Assembly: GCF_009914755.1 (NCBI RefSeq)
Contig: NC_060936.1
Length of the DNA: 64,000 nucleotides
DNA from: the human T2T-CHM13v2.0 reference genome, Homo sapiens
Strand: one strand, 5' to 3'
Shown: positions 16,383-38,130 of the stretch, in pieces
Position numbering within the stretch: position 1 is the first letter of the stretch
Layout: each line of letters opens with the position of its first letter
The notes under the pieces: generated by a model
Databases searched by the model: none
What the model saw: only the letters and a program-made list of their open reading frames with translations
Told to the model about the DNA's origin: nothing
Program-made: the position numbers and the translations under genes

Positions 16383-16964
16383 CTTAACTTCTTTTATATT
16401 GTCTCTGCAACTCCTTCTTCCACACCAAGAATCCTGGTTCTGGTTCTTAGAACAGGAGAAGTGATGGAATATTCCATAACTGCTCATTTACTTTATCCTA
16501 CATTATATACAGAAGAGTTTCAAAATAACAATACTTACAATAACCATTACAAATTATGACTACTGACATTTTTTTAAACTTTTTCATACCTTATTCCCAC
16601 TCTTGCCTCATTTTTTAAAGTTATACTCGATCTACATTGTCAAGGCACATAATCATCACATATTATTCTTTCCCTTTTTACTCTCATTTAGTCTTCATCT
16701 ACAAGTACCTATATATTTAATACTTACCATCAGTCCTTATACCAGAGACTGTCTAGTCACTTTGGTTGTCTAAAGCTTATTCTGTAACAGGTTCCTCAGG
16801 AAGTACGCATAGGAACAATATTCCCTGAGTTTTTGCATGTTCATAACAGCTTCTCTGTGCCCTTTATACTTAAAGAGTTATATGTCTTTCCTTGAGAGTC
16901 CTAAGTGTGCTATTCCATTTTCTTCTGACACCAAAAGTCTAATAATAATCAAAAAGTCTAATAA

Positions 16965-17494
<530 letters not shown>

Positions 17495-20081
17495 CATAGT
17501 CTCTTTTAATACGTACCTTCAAATCTATTTTATTTAAAATTTCTTTCTTGAATTATAACACTTAATATTTGATTTTCTTGCTTTGGTTTTCTTATTCAGA
17601 CACTTTTGTTATCCACATGTTGGTTCTTTGCCTATATTCATTCAATAGCTGTATTGTTCCTCAATCTTTCTCTCTCTCTTAGGTTCTTTTTGATTTTTTA
17701 AATATTTTCCTTACTTTTACCTTCTGTTTCTCTTAAGGCATTGTCTCCTATGTTTATTTACTGGGTCCCTTATAGTTGAGTCTTCATTTATTTTATTTTT
17801 ATATTTTTCTTGAGTTCTGTCACTTCACTTCTGAGTTTTCCTAATTCTGATTATGTTGTTCTTTCATGTTTTGTATCATTTTCTTAATGTCTTCCAGCTT
17901 ATTTTGAAATAGAGCATTATAGTTGCATTTTTCTTTTTAAAGCAAATCTTTCTGATCTGCTTTCATTACCTGTAGGGATATTATTTTGCTCTATTCTCAT
18001 TTTCCTTACAATAACTTTGCATGAGGTTTGACCGCAATACTTTATTGTTGCTTATTTTTATATGGATTTAGGTTTCTTGAGCTTTTAGATTGAGGCTTTG
18101 TTCAGAATAACTGTTACAACTTTACAAAATTACCTATTCTGCTGTGTTTCATGTAGTGCAAAAAAAAAAAAAAAGCAGCTTGCTTTATAAGGTTTCCTGG
18201 AGATTCTCATCACTTTTGTCTACCTTCTTTCCTTCATCTCTGTAATGCCTATTCTGTTCAATTTTAATTCTAGTCCCAGTAGTATCTTTAGGGAACAAAC
18301 CTGTCCTAAAAGAGATTCCTACCTGGTGGGTTTTGAGAGTTCACAGGGGCCGGACTTCTCCATACCTTTCAGACCTCACTGAAGGGCTCCCCACTGCTCT
18401 CACCAGCAAATTGGAATAGGCAAAACCGTTTCAGCTACTCTTCCAAAATTGGCCTGCTGAGCCTTCCAGTGAATACCTGTAGTATATTTTAGGGGTTTCC
18501 TGTTCTCAGGTTTGTTAAATGCCTCATTACTCTCCTCTGCTTTCTCCTGCCCAGATGAGGATGCCATGCAGGTCTTGTGACTATCAATTATTTATTCTTG
18601 CCTGCTTCTATTTTCAGGGTTCAAAGGGATACCTTCTCATTTGGTTTGGTTGGAAATGTCTGCAGATTTTTGGTTTTGCTATGAGCTTGTTCCGGCTATT
18701 TTTATGTGAGAATTAGGAAAGTTTCAAGAGCAATTCTGCCACCACCATTCCAACTTCCCAAACCCACGTTTTCACTCTAGAGCCCATGTTGAAGGGGCAG
18801 GACTACATAGGGGAAGCTCTTTTTGTGGTAAAGGGAGAAATGCAACAGAACAAACTTGACACCAGAGGATGTTTAAACCTCTGTGTGCAGCACACATTTG
18901 TTAACTTTCCACTGGCCAAAAACAGCCACAAGGCCAACCACCACATCAATATGCAAGAAAATAGACTCTTCTTCTAGTGGGAGGAACTACAAAATCATGA
19001 AAACAGCACGGATATAGGCAGCAACAAGGAATTGAGAATAATGATTCAGTACTCCACACCAACCAACTGCATCTGCCCCAAAGCCATTTTCTAAGTCTTG
19101 CTAAATTATTTTCCAGAAATGGTTTGTTAATTAGACTTCCACCCATACATAAGAGAGTGCCCTTCATTACTGAACATTTTTTAATTGCTAATTTAAACTG
19201 TTAATTTAATAAGTAAAAAATATCTTAGTGTCATTTAATGTTTAAATTGCACCTCTTTTTTTTTGTGTGAGCTTTAATACTTTTACATTCACTTATTAGT
19301 TATTTGTCTTTCTTCCTTAATGACTTGACTGCTTATGTCTTTTATTCATTTCATTGTGGCAGTTGGTGTTTTTCCTTTTAATTTACAAGACTTCATTTCA
19401 TATTAAAGATTTTCATCTTTATTGTTCCTATTTCTTACACATATTTACTCCAATTTGTCATTTCTCTTTTGTATCATTTTTCTAATTCTGCATAACAAAT
19501 CCCCTTAAAACTTAGTGTTCTAAACAACAACAAAAAAGTTACTATTGCTTACAAGTCAATGGAGCAGCAGGCCATATCTGATAACTTGGATCAGGCTTGG
19601 CTGATCTCAGCTGGGCTCATTCACGTGCGTGGGTCAGCTAGTGCCATGGCTGGGGAAAGGTTGGTCTAAGATGGTCTCACTCACACGCTGGCTGTTGGCT
19701 TGCTGTCCACTGGTGCAATGGGGATTAGTGGACCCTGTTACTACCATACCTTTTGATTGAATTTGTGTTGTTTTTGGTATACATTTAAAATTTTGATATA
19801 TTCAAATTTGTCATTTTTTCCTATGTGATTTCTTTATCGTTTTTATATTTGTAAAATTCTTTCCCAGTCCCCAAGGTCTGATAAATATGTACTTAAGTTT
19901 TCTTTTACGATTTCATTCTTTTATATTTCATTCTTTTATCTCTTATACCTCTCTTTTATCCATCAGAAATTGAGGGATGTGAAGCATAAGAGAGAAAAAG
20001 TGGTATCTTTTCCTCACCCATTGCTAGGTTCATGGCTGACACTCTCATAACAAAAGATGCATTAACAAGAGAGAAGCATAA

Positions 20082-20697
<616 letters not shown>

Positions 20698-20846
20698 AGC
20701 AGAACATATTTATTTAATATAAATGTTATGTAACACAGGAGCCTTCAGAAATAAAAACCTGAAGAATTAGGAATATTTGTGTATTTGTATGGACAGTCGT
20801 GCAGAAGTATGATTGGAGGACAATCTAATGGTAAAAAACTGGGGAG

Positions 20847-21163
20847 GGCCAGGCACAGTGGCTCACACCTGTAATCCCAGCACTCTGGGAGGCCGAGGCG
20901 GGTGGATTACCTGAGGTCAGGTGTTCAAGACCAGCCTGGTCAACATGGTGAAACCCCGTCTCTACTAATAATACAAAAATTAGCCAGGCATAGTGGTGCA
21001 TGCCTGTAATCCCAGCTACTTGGGAGGTTGAGGCAGGAGAATTGCTTGAACCCAGGAGGCGGAGTTCACCCAGTTGCAGTGAGCCGAGATCGCGCCATTG
21101 CATTCCAGCCTGGGCAACAAGGAGAAACTCCATCCAAAATAACCCGCTCCCCCGCTCCCCACA
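20847..21163 (+). mobile_element. AluS
   Basis: Full dimer; TSD AAAAAACTGGGGAG. Confidence 0.92.
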
Positions 21164-21843
21164 AAAAAACTGGGGAGAATTTAGTATGATCCATTTGTTC
21201 AGATTCTTCTTGGCACCCCACTGTGACATTTCTTCCCTCTGGGTATAGGGCAAGACACCTGCCACATGAAGGTCTTCGGGGAGAAGGGAGGGAGAAAGTC
21301 AAAGAGTGACTTTTCTCGGTTTTATGGCCTGCTTCACGGAAAAAGGGTTGAGGGGAGTTCTAGTTTCTGTGGCCTTGCTTCAGGAGAGAGGGGGCGGGGG
21401 AAGGTCAGAGAGACCTTGCTACTGTGATTTTTTTCAATTTCCTTCAGCTTAAAAAATACTCAGTATGCCAAGGTGTCATATTTTGGGGTATTGTGTTTTG
21501 AGCCTCATCAGAAACGGGAATTTAAATGGCTGTTTTTCCACATGTAGTTAACCAATTATTCAAGCACTGTTTATGGAATACTTTGCCTTTTCTCATGAAT
21601 TCGAGATATCATCTTCATCACAGAGTGAATTATGATTCATCCTTGGGTCTGTTCTGGACTCCCGCCTTTGTCCCATGGATGTGTCTATCTATGGGTTCTT
21701 GTACTGCCTAAATCTATAGTCAAGGAGTGGCAGGAACTCAGGGTTGAGGTGAGATTATCACCATTATGACTACAATTTAAGTTCGTTTGTATAGCCCTTC
21801 TGAAGCCCAGAGCTCAAGCTGAGTGCTGAAAGTTCAGGAGGGA

Positions 21844-22178
<335 letters not shown>

Positions 22179-23599
22179 ACATGGTCGAGGTAGAGGTGGA
22201 GAGTGGGGGTGAGGAGAGGTGTCAGAGGTTGGGAGTCGGTATTGATCCAGACGTCTCAGGGGGCAGAAGTCTCTGAGCAGAGGAAGGGCACTTAAGATGA
22301 ATATTCTAACCCAATACTTGTGTGGGAGCAGAAGAACGAACTACAATTACAAATTTGATGAAAAGAGAAACTCTTGGCTTTCCCCACCATTATCTGAGGT
22401 ACCCAAGACACTTCTGCAAGACTGAAGTCCCAGAGAACCATGTGATCATCCCACACACATAGGAACTAACTGTGCAGTGTAAAAAGGCAGGCTTGTAGTC
22501 TTTCACCCGTGGCAGAACATATATTTATTGATTCACCTTTGAGTAACAGGTTTAGTAAAGATTGTCAATTCTCTGGGAAGATAAACATGAAGTAATTTTT
22601 TTACCCCAATAAAATCAATCAATTATGCTCTGTGGAACCTCTCTTTCCCACTGGGTAGCAGGCTCCATTAGCTACATATATCCCAGTCTGATTCTATAAC
22701 TTTTCATTTTAGTTATCACAACAGTTTCTCTCCAGTTATTAAGATTCAACTCTGTTCAATGTAAAATTTCATTCTTATATTGGATTCAAAGCTTTCCTCC
22801 TCGCCTCTAGTGCAGACTAGACTCATGGCTTTAAAAGATTTGGGAGTGGCGGGGTGGAGACATGGTCTCCTTCTCTCCCACCCGATTCTTGCCTGTGCTT
22901 TCCCCTGTAGCTTTGGGGGAAAAGGAAGAAAAGAGAAAGTTGAATATGTTCTTTTGTGATTGCCTATGGCAGAATTGTTGGTCTCCATGGCTTAGCAAGT
23001 GGTCCCCAAGACTTGCCCTGGCACTAAATGCCCAAGCAGCTCCCAGGGGTCCCTTGGGACATGTGGCCTTCCTCTTCCAGCTGACCCCAGCTGATGGCCT
23101 CGTGCAACATCTCTCCAATGCCTACTTCTCTTTGCCCAACACGTGACCATCCTCTGCCAAGTCCCCAGCTCCAAAACCTGAGCCTGTGGGCAGACTGATA
23201 CATTCTTTGTACCTTTTAGCAACCAGGAGCTTGAGAGAATAATTCTACTCATACCTCACATCATCCCATTACATTTCCATTTTATAGAAACTTCCTTCTG
23301 ACCCCAGTGCCAGCTTCCTATAGATCTCAGAGCTGTCGATGGCCCCTGACTCCACATACTAGTGTGGGCTCTTGATGATCCAAATGTCCCCAACATAGAA
23401 GTCATATTATATGTACTCCGGCCAGTTGAGTTATGAAGCATTTGTCTCACCCTAAGATCTTAAGATTCAATCGAGATATGAAGTCACCTCTCTAAGGCCA
23501 CCCACCAAATCAGCACCATGTTCAAATTAGAATGTAAAGTGTCAGAATCTATGAGCAGGTTTTTTTCCATTGGGCTAGGATTGCTTAGGCTTCTAGGAA

Positions 23600-24180
<581 letters not shown>

Positions 24181-24437
24181 AGAGAGCATCCTCAGGCCAC
24201 TGATAATTCAAATCTGTCCAAATGTCGCTGCCTCGCAGATGGTTGAATTGTGTGTCGTTGGGGTTAATTCCCAAGCAACGTACCCAGTGTGCTCTGTTGC
24301 CTCCACCTCTGTGGGGACTGTCCCACTCAGGGGCTGGGACGGCATGGGGGCAGATGTGAGGAGAAGCTTCTACAGCTACTGTGTGTGCATAATCACATTA
24401 ATTTGCAAAAAATTAAAAATAAAATAGAAAATAAATT

Positions 24438-25372
<935 letters not shown>

Positions 25373-26288
25373 TTAATGTTTTCCAGCTGCAGAGGCCATG
25401 TACTAGAAAACTCTTGAAATATTATTCAGTGTTTCTCAATACTTAAGCTGACTGCCTTCTGACAAATTGCCAAGTAGTGGTCAGAATTTAATTCACACCA
25501 AAAGAGAACACAAAGATTATGAGACAATTGACCCTATAAAAATGCATTCGTGGCATGCTCTTTAGTCACTTTGCATCTGCTCTCAACCCACCCTCCAGGG
25601 CTCTTATGTCACACTTATTTCCAGATAAATGGCCCAATTAGAAACCTATTGGCTAAGGTTGTACTAAAGGCAATGACCCTGCACACCAGAATCTCGTCCT
25701 TCTTAACATCACCCTTAAGCCAAAGCACAGTGGCGTGTGCATTCTCATTCCTGGACAAACTCTGCCCCCTGGCGCTGACTCACACACTTGCGCACCGGCG
25801 AGGAGGGTCTCCTTTGTTAGGTTTCCTCATGGGACAGGGATAGAAGAGCCTGTCACCCCCACCTGCCGTCTCCCCAAACCCCTAATTGCCATCAGTCTGC
25901 TCCACACAGATAATCCACCAAAAGGCTCCGAGTTTGTTTCTGCTCCGTGTATTTGAAATGAGTCTACCACATCAATCTCATTCTGTGTTAAAAAGTGTTT
26001 CTCAGCAGATGAGTAGGGATAAAATCTCCATGGGAGAAAGTGAAGGAGATGCCTGATCTGTCCAGGGCTTCCCGGGTCAGTGGCGCTTCGGCCAGAAGCC
26101 AGGCAGCAGGCCTTGGGCAGGTGGCTGGACCCCTTCTGTGCCACGGTATCTTTGTCTGTGAGATGAGGGGGGCAGTCCCCACCATACTGTGTTTACACAA
26201 TAGAGGGAGAATTTAGGTGGTGACTGTGCTGTAGTAAAAAGAACAGAGGGTGTGGAAATAGGGGATTTGGGTCTAAACTCTGGCTCCA

Positions 26289-26612
26289 GGCCAGATGCAG
26301 TGGCTCACACTATAATCCCAGCACTTTGGGAGGCTGAGGCAGGAGGATCGCTTGAGCCCAGGAGTTTGAGACCAGCCTGGACAACACAGTGAGACCTCAT
26401 CTCTACAAAAAATACAAAATTAGGTGGGCGTGGTGGTGCCTGCCTGTAGTCCCAGCGACTCAGGAGGCTGAGGTGGGAGGATCACTTGAGCCTGGGAGGC
26501 AGAAGTTGTGGTGAGCCATGATCGTGCCACTGCCCTCCAGCCTGGGTGACAGACTCCCTCTCAAAATAAATACATAAGTAAGTACAATAAATAAATAAAT
26601 TAATTAATTAAT
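26289..26612 (+). mobile_element. AluJ within a MIR
   Basis: GGAGGATCGCTTGAGCCCAGG J-type motif; MIR core TATAAAATGGGATA downstream. Confidence 0.88.
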
Positions 26613-26889
26613 TTCAGCTCTAGCTGTGGAACCTTGGACTAGAAATTCACTGTTCTCACTGTTCTCTAGAAATTCACCATTCCCTTGAGTTTCCTATCTT
26701 ATAAAATGGGATAGTGACTTGCCCTGCTAGTCACTTTCTCGAGAAGAGACACCTCCAACTGCAGCGGGTGTGGCGCAGCCTTTCCCTCCAGGCTCCAGGA
26801 GCCCCTGCCTCCCAATCGGAAGGAGAGTTGTTTCAGATGAATATTCCTAGGTTTTAGCCCAGGAGGTTGAGTCAGAATCCTGCCTCAGA

Positions 26890-27360
26890 GGCGTGGCAGG
26901 AGAAACAAAATAATGAACCCCCAAAGGTGTCCATGTCCCGGTTCCCAGAACCTGCAAATATGTGACCTTGCATGGGAAAAGGGCCTAACAGATGCGACTA
27001 AATTAAGAATCTTAAGATGGGGGGATTATCCTCGATTACCCTGGTGGTCCCACTGGATCATGGGGGTCCTAATAAAGGGAAGAGGGAGGCAGGAGAGGCG
27101 GAGATGTGATGAGGAGAAGGGATTGGAGGGAAACACCACGCACTGAGGATGAAGGTGGCCTTGAACGCTGGAAAAGGCGAGGAAGAGATCCTCCCCCAGA
27201 GCCTCCAGGAGGAACTCAGAGCTGCCAACACCTCACTCCCAGCCCTGCAAGACCCACTTTAGGACTTCTGACCTCTAAAGCTGTAGATGATTAATCCGTG
27301 TTGTTTTAAGCCACTAAGTTTGTAATTATTTGTTTCAGCAGCTCTGGGAAGCCAATATGG
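26890..27360 (+). mobile_element. MLT1C/D-like MaLR LTR
   Basis: AATTAAGAATCTTAAGATGGGGGGATTATCCT, CCCCAGAGCCTCCAGGAGGAAC, TTTTAAGCCACTAAGTTTG. Confidence 0.8.
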
Positions 27361-28032
27361 CGCCATGGAGGGGCTCCTAGATCTGCATTTTTGAGTGACT
27401 CCTGGTAGAATTGTTAGGCATGCTAAATTTTGAGGGCTAGAGGTGTAGTAGGAAGAGACTGAGGAACAGGAGGTCTGTATTTCTAGCCCTGGCGTCATGA
27501 GCTATGTGACTTCGGCAAAGTCACTGCCTCATTCACTGGGCCTCAGATTCACTGTCTGTAAGCTGAGGCAGTTGGCTACAGGGGGCAGAGGGGAAGAGAT
27601 CTCTGGCTGCAGTATTCTGAGAAGCTGAGAGAAAACAGTGAAGCTCTTTGAAAACAGTGAAGTCTGGCCAGTGTAGATCTTAGGACTGGGATTTCCTAGA
27701 AGAAAGAGATACTGGTAATTCTTTTAACAGCTCATTTTTATACCTCTCTTCCTGTGTGCCGGGTCTTGGTCTAAACCCTTCCCTTCCATGAACTCCTGTC
27801 TGTGAGGTCATCTTGGCACAGCAATCAGTCTTCTATGCGATGAATAATTAACTGCTCTGAGGAGATGATTTCAAATCGGGAGTCAGATCAATAAGCTACT
27901 AAGGGGGGATGGGCGGGTGGGCACCATCTTCAGCTAATGAAGGGGGCGATTCCCTGTCTCCGCTATGAAAAGAAAAATGTCACAGACATTACATGCCGCC
28001 TGAGGGGTATGGATAGAAGGGGGAAGGGGCTG

Positions 28033-28049
28033 CGGTTGCCAGGCAACCG
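28033..28049. promoter_or_regulatory. Palindromic RFX X-box
   Basis: CGGTTGCC-A-GGCAACCG fits GTNRCC-N(0-3)-RGYAAC; lies in non-repeat sequence with GC boxes nearby. Confidence 0.55.
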
Positions 28050-29618
28050 GCTCATCACTAATCATGCGCGTAAAAGCCTTGGGTCTCTGTTATGAGCACA
28101 GCTAGTGGGCCACCCTCCTTCTCTCCGCCCCCTGCTTGACAGCTGGCCTTGGGTTCTGGTTCCAGACACTTAGACCCTGAAACAGGCCCAGGTCCCCCTC
28201 AGTATCCCCGGGTCGATTCTGTTGCTAGAAAGCAAACTGGGAGAGCAAAGACTCTTTGTGTCCACTCCAGACGACAAAGGTCTGGCACCCATATTCCAGG
28301 ACACTCTTTCCTACACCATGGCCTTTTGAATGAGCTGTCACCCCAGAGGCTTACTTAGATTTGAGGAAAATCCCTTCCTGACCCCTCCATTCAAGGGAGG
28401 CTCTTGCTGTTTGCCGTGTGGATACTGAGCAAACACGTGGGTCCCCAGGCTGGCTCTTGATGTGCTCTGTAAACACTCCTCTCTGGATACAGCCAACTGT
28501 CCAATTATGCAGGAGTCAACCCGCTTCCCCTGGGGATTTGTTGTCTTAAAGAACGAGGACCCACTGTGACTAGAAAGTTGACATAGCACATGTCACACAG
28601 AGAAAGTGCACCCCCGGTGGAAGCCGGGGTTCCCTGGGGGCCCAGCCGTCTTTCCAAACAGAAGGGCAGAAGGCTGTTTGATCTGTGACCACTTCTGGAA
28701 CATATAGGCTCAGGAACAGCCAATATTAGAAGAGATGTTTGCATCTGTTTCCTTCCAAGACACACAGGCTCTCTAAGAGAAAGGAGGATGGCTTTTGTGC
28801 TACGGGGACAAGCGCTATGTTTGGGACGTGGTACTAGAATTGTCAAAGGGCTGCCTTGTCCCAGAAAGTTATTTCAGAGAGAAGTCATTACACCCATTGG
28901 CTAAAAAGAGACAGGCATCACTGAGAATGTTGGATGTCCCAACCCATTTCTCTTCTACAGTTCACACCACCCCCAGCAGGCCCAGGCAGCCTGCACTGTG
29001 CCCGAGAACAGTTGATGCAGGGACACATTCCAGCGCCGGCCTCAGTCCCTTTCCCTCTCCCTGCTTCAGCCGCACTGGCTTCCTCACTCTTCCTCAATCA
29101 TACCTATGTCAGCTCTTTGCACTTGCTGTGTCCTGGATACTTGCACCCCCGATATCTGGATGACACGAGACTTTCCCTGGCCACCACCCCATGTAAATAA
29201 TAGATACGCCAACCCCATTTACCCTTTCCATGTGCCATTTTTAACTTTCTTCAAGCACTGCACCTCTTTTTCTTTCTGTGTAGCGGACTGTTTGTCCATC
29301 TATCTTACTTGTTTATTGCCTGTTTCATTCTCTAGGGTGTAAGTTCCAGGAGGGCAGGACACTTGTCTGCTCTATTAACTGCTGCACCCCTGGCACCTGC
29401 CACTGTGCTCGGCACAAGGCCAGCCCTCAACTAGCATTTGCTGAGTTGATTAGGATTCCTGTGATCCACTCTGTACCAGGAAGACACTGGGATCTTTCTT
29501 ACATCCTCACACCCAGAGCCTCTCTCTGGAGGCAGTGGATGTCATGAGTTTCCGATAGATCCTTACAGATACTTCATGCTTATTCAGAAAGATACACACA
29601 CAGCTACATTCTTCCTAT

Positions 29619-29923
29619 CTTTTTTTTTTTTTTTTTTTTTTTGAGGCAGAGTCTTGCTCTGTCACCCAGCCTGGAGGGCAGTGCAACAATCTCAGCTCAC
29701 TGCAGCCTCTGCCTCCTGGGTTAAAGTGATTCTCCTGTCTCAGCCTCCCAAGCAGCTGGGATTATAGGCACCCGCCACCACACCTGGCTAATTTTTGTAT
29801 TTTTAGTACACAGGGGATTTTGCCATGTTGGCCAGGCTGGTCTTGAACTCCTGACCTCAGGTGATCTGCCTGCCTCGGCCTCCCAAAGTGCTGGGATTAC
29901 AGGCATGAGCCACCGTGCCCAGC
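29619..29923 (-). mobile_element. AluS
   Basis: Full dimer with T-tail. Confidence 0.93.
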
Positions 29924-29939
29924 CCCACCTGTTCTTTTT

Positions 29940-31260
<1,321 letters not shown>

Positions 31261-31929
31261 CTCATAGTTTTTTTAGTCTAATGTATTCATCTGTGTATGT
31301 ATGTATGCATGTGGAACTGCCACTTTTAAATTTGCTTTTTAAATACTTTATCATATGTCATTATCCTTTTAGCTGTATTATTGGAAAGTGCATTTTTTTA
31401 TTAGTTACATTTAAATTGGTGCTTCCTGGATGGGGTTTGAGTATACACTCTCAACTCTTGATGAATTGAGGGGCTACCTTATTCCTTGAGGACTCTTGTG
31501 AGATCTGGGAGGCACCCAACCTGTGATTACCCTCATCCATTTGATGCTGGCTCTTAAAAATCTCAGTTACAGAGAGTGACATGTTTCTGACTCTTTTTCA
31601 GGATTCTGGAACATACCACCTGTTTTAGTCTTTAATCATCTCTCCACTCATTACAGGTGCAGAAGGTTGAAGCAGCTGGAAACATCTGTTCCCAGAGAAA
31701 AGGAGCCCCTCTCTCCTGTCACTCTCCATGACAGGAACCCATCATGCAGTATCAACCTCAACGAGCCTGTCCTCCCACACTCAGCTTTTCACATCCTCCA
31801 TCCTCAGTGTCCCCACCTGTCTCCCTCTCTACCTGCTTACCATGATTCCTCGGCTCTCAGCCCCTGTTCTAGGGAGGCTGGCCACCTACATCTCTTCACT
31901 GTAGCCTGCGTATGGGAGCTATTCCAGTT

Positions 31930-34198
<2,269 letters not shown>

Positions 34199-34639
34199 CT
34201 TCTGCTGTCTCCGCACTCCCGTACTGTCTAGGCTTCATTCAAAATAGCTGCTGTATATGTCAAGATGATTTTGATCTGCAGGGACAGAAACCCAACTGAA
34301 CCAAAACAACTGGAGGATATACTGACCCCTAAACTGCTGGCTTTGGGAACAATTGGAACCGATGATAAAAATGCCACCAGAACTATTTCCTTCTTGCTAC
34401 ACCTCAGTTTCCATCTCCACAAATGCAGATGAAAACTTCAACCTTACAGGAGGCTGGACCTCTGCCAGTCCCTGACTCAAATCGCACTGCTTTGCCACTC
34501 CAGGGAAACCCCTCCAAGGGCCACATTGGCCAGTGTGGGCCATGTGAACACTCTCATGGGGGGCTCTGAGGGACAGCGCCCACTAGGTCTTCAAGGTTGG
34601 AGTGGGGAAGAAGGAAGATGTGCTGTGGTCAAAAGAACA

Positions 34640-35540
<901 letters not shown>

Positions 35541-35608
35541 GGTGCTAAGAAGATAGCAAAATGCATGCCCACTGTACCTTCTCTCTCCTCCTTCCTGGTC
35601 CTATCTAT

Positions 35609-35994
35609 CTGTTATGGGCTGAATTGTGTCCTTCCAAAATTCACATGTTGAAGTCCTAACCTCCAGTACTTGGGAATACGATACTATTTGGAGATAGAGT
35701 CTTTAAAGAGGTGATTAAGGTAAAATGAGGTCATAGAGGTGAGCCCTAATTCAATATGACTGGTATCCTTGTAAGAACAGGAGATTAGGATGCAGACAGG
35801 TACAGGCGAAGACCATGTGAGGCCACAGCAAGAAGGTGGCCCCCAACAAGCCAAGGAGAGAGCCCTCCAAAGAAATCAACCTGCCGACACTGATCTCAAA
35901 CTTCTAACCTGCAGAATTGTGAGAAAATCAATTTCTGTTGTTTAAGCCAGCTAGTCTGTGGTGTTCCTTATGGCAACCCTAGCAAACTAATACA
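35609..35994 (+). mobile_element. MLT1A/B-like MaLR LTR
   Basis: TGTTATGGGCTGAATTGTGTCC ... GCAACCCTAGCAAACTAATACA. Confidence 0.85.
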
Positions 35995-36192
35995 TGATCC
36001 TTCAAGGCAGAGGTGAAAATCTGCCTCCTTTCTCAAACTGCCTTTGATCAGCCTGCTCCCAGAGCAGCCATTGTCTCAGAATACCTAGTGGCCAAGAGTT
36101 TAACCCAAGGATCACAAACTCAAATGCCTATAGGGGCCAGGAAGAACTAACATGAGTGAAGTGCTTGACTATAAGAAACTGTATTTGCCAAT

Positions 36193-36652
36193 TGATATGG
36201 TTTGGATCCGTGTCCCTACCCAAACCTCATGTTCAATTGTAATCCCCAGAGTTGGAGGTGGGGCCTGGTGGGAGGTGATTGGATTATAGGGGTGGATCCT
36301 TCACGAAGGGTTTAGTACCAACCCTTGGGTGCTGTTCTCGTGATAGAGTTCTCATGAGAATTGGTTATTCTCAACAGGTTATTTACTGGTTGTGTAACCA
36401 GTTACATGAGAACTGGCTAGCACTTACCCACCTCTCTCTCTTGCTCCTTCTCCCACCATGAGATGCCTCACTCCGCCCCCTTCATCTTCTGCCATGATTG
36501 TAAGTTCCCTGAGGCCTCCCAGGAGCTGATGCCGTCATGCTTCCTGTACAGCCTGCAGAACCATGATCCAGTTAAACCTCTTTTTAAAATAAAAATAAAT
36601 TACCCAGTCTCAGGTATTTCTTTACAGCAGTGTGAGAATGGACTAATCTACC
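36193..36652 (+). mobile_element. MSTA LTR
   Basis: TGATATGGTTTGGATCCGTGTCCC ... GAATGGACTAATCTA; flanks CCAATT. Confidence 0.88.
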
Positions 36653-37049
36653 AATTAAACATAATCAGTATACACTATCACAAAAATGACATTCACTCCC
36701 TATCTCCCTGTCTGCTTTTAGTTTTGCCACATTTTATCAAGGATGAATACAAGGAAAATCCTCTCTTCCTGACCGTTCAGTGGGGAAAAGTGGCAGTGCT
36801 GGGGTGAGAGGCACCTGCTTTTATTTTTTGTGTTAAGGAACCTACAGGAGAGGTGCGAGCTGAGCTGGAAATTGCAGGCCCTGCCCTGTGCCAAGGGGCA
36901 GTTGCTACTTAGCTCTAGCCAACTGTTACCAGGGACAAGGACAGGCCAGACCAGCCAGAGTTTTCCAATTTTTCAAAAAAACTGAAAATATACATTTTTA
37001 AAGTGAAATTTGATTTTAAGACATTGATAACTAATTTTTTAAAAATTAA

Positions 37050-38130
<1,081 letters not shown>

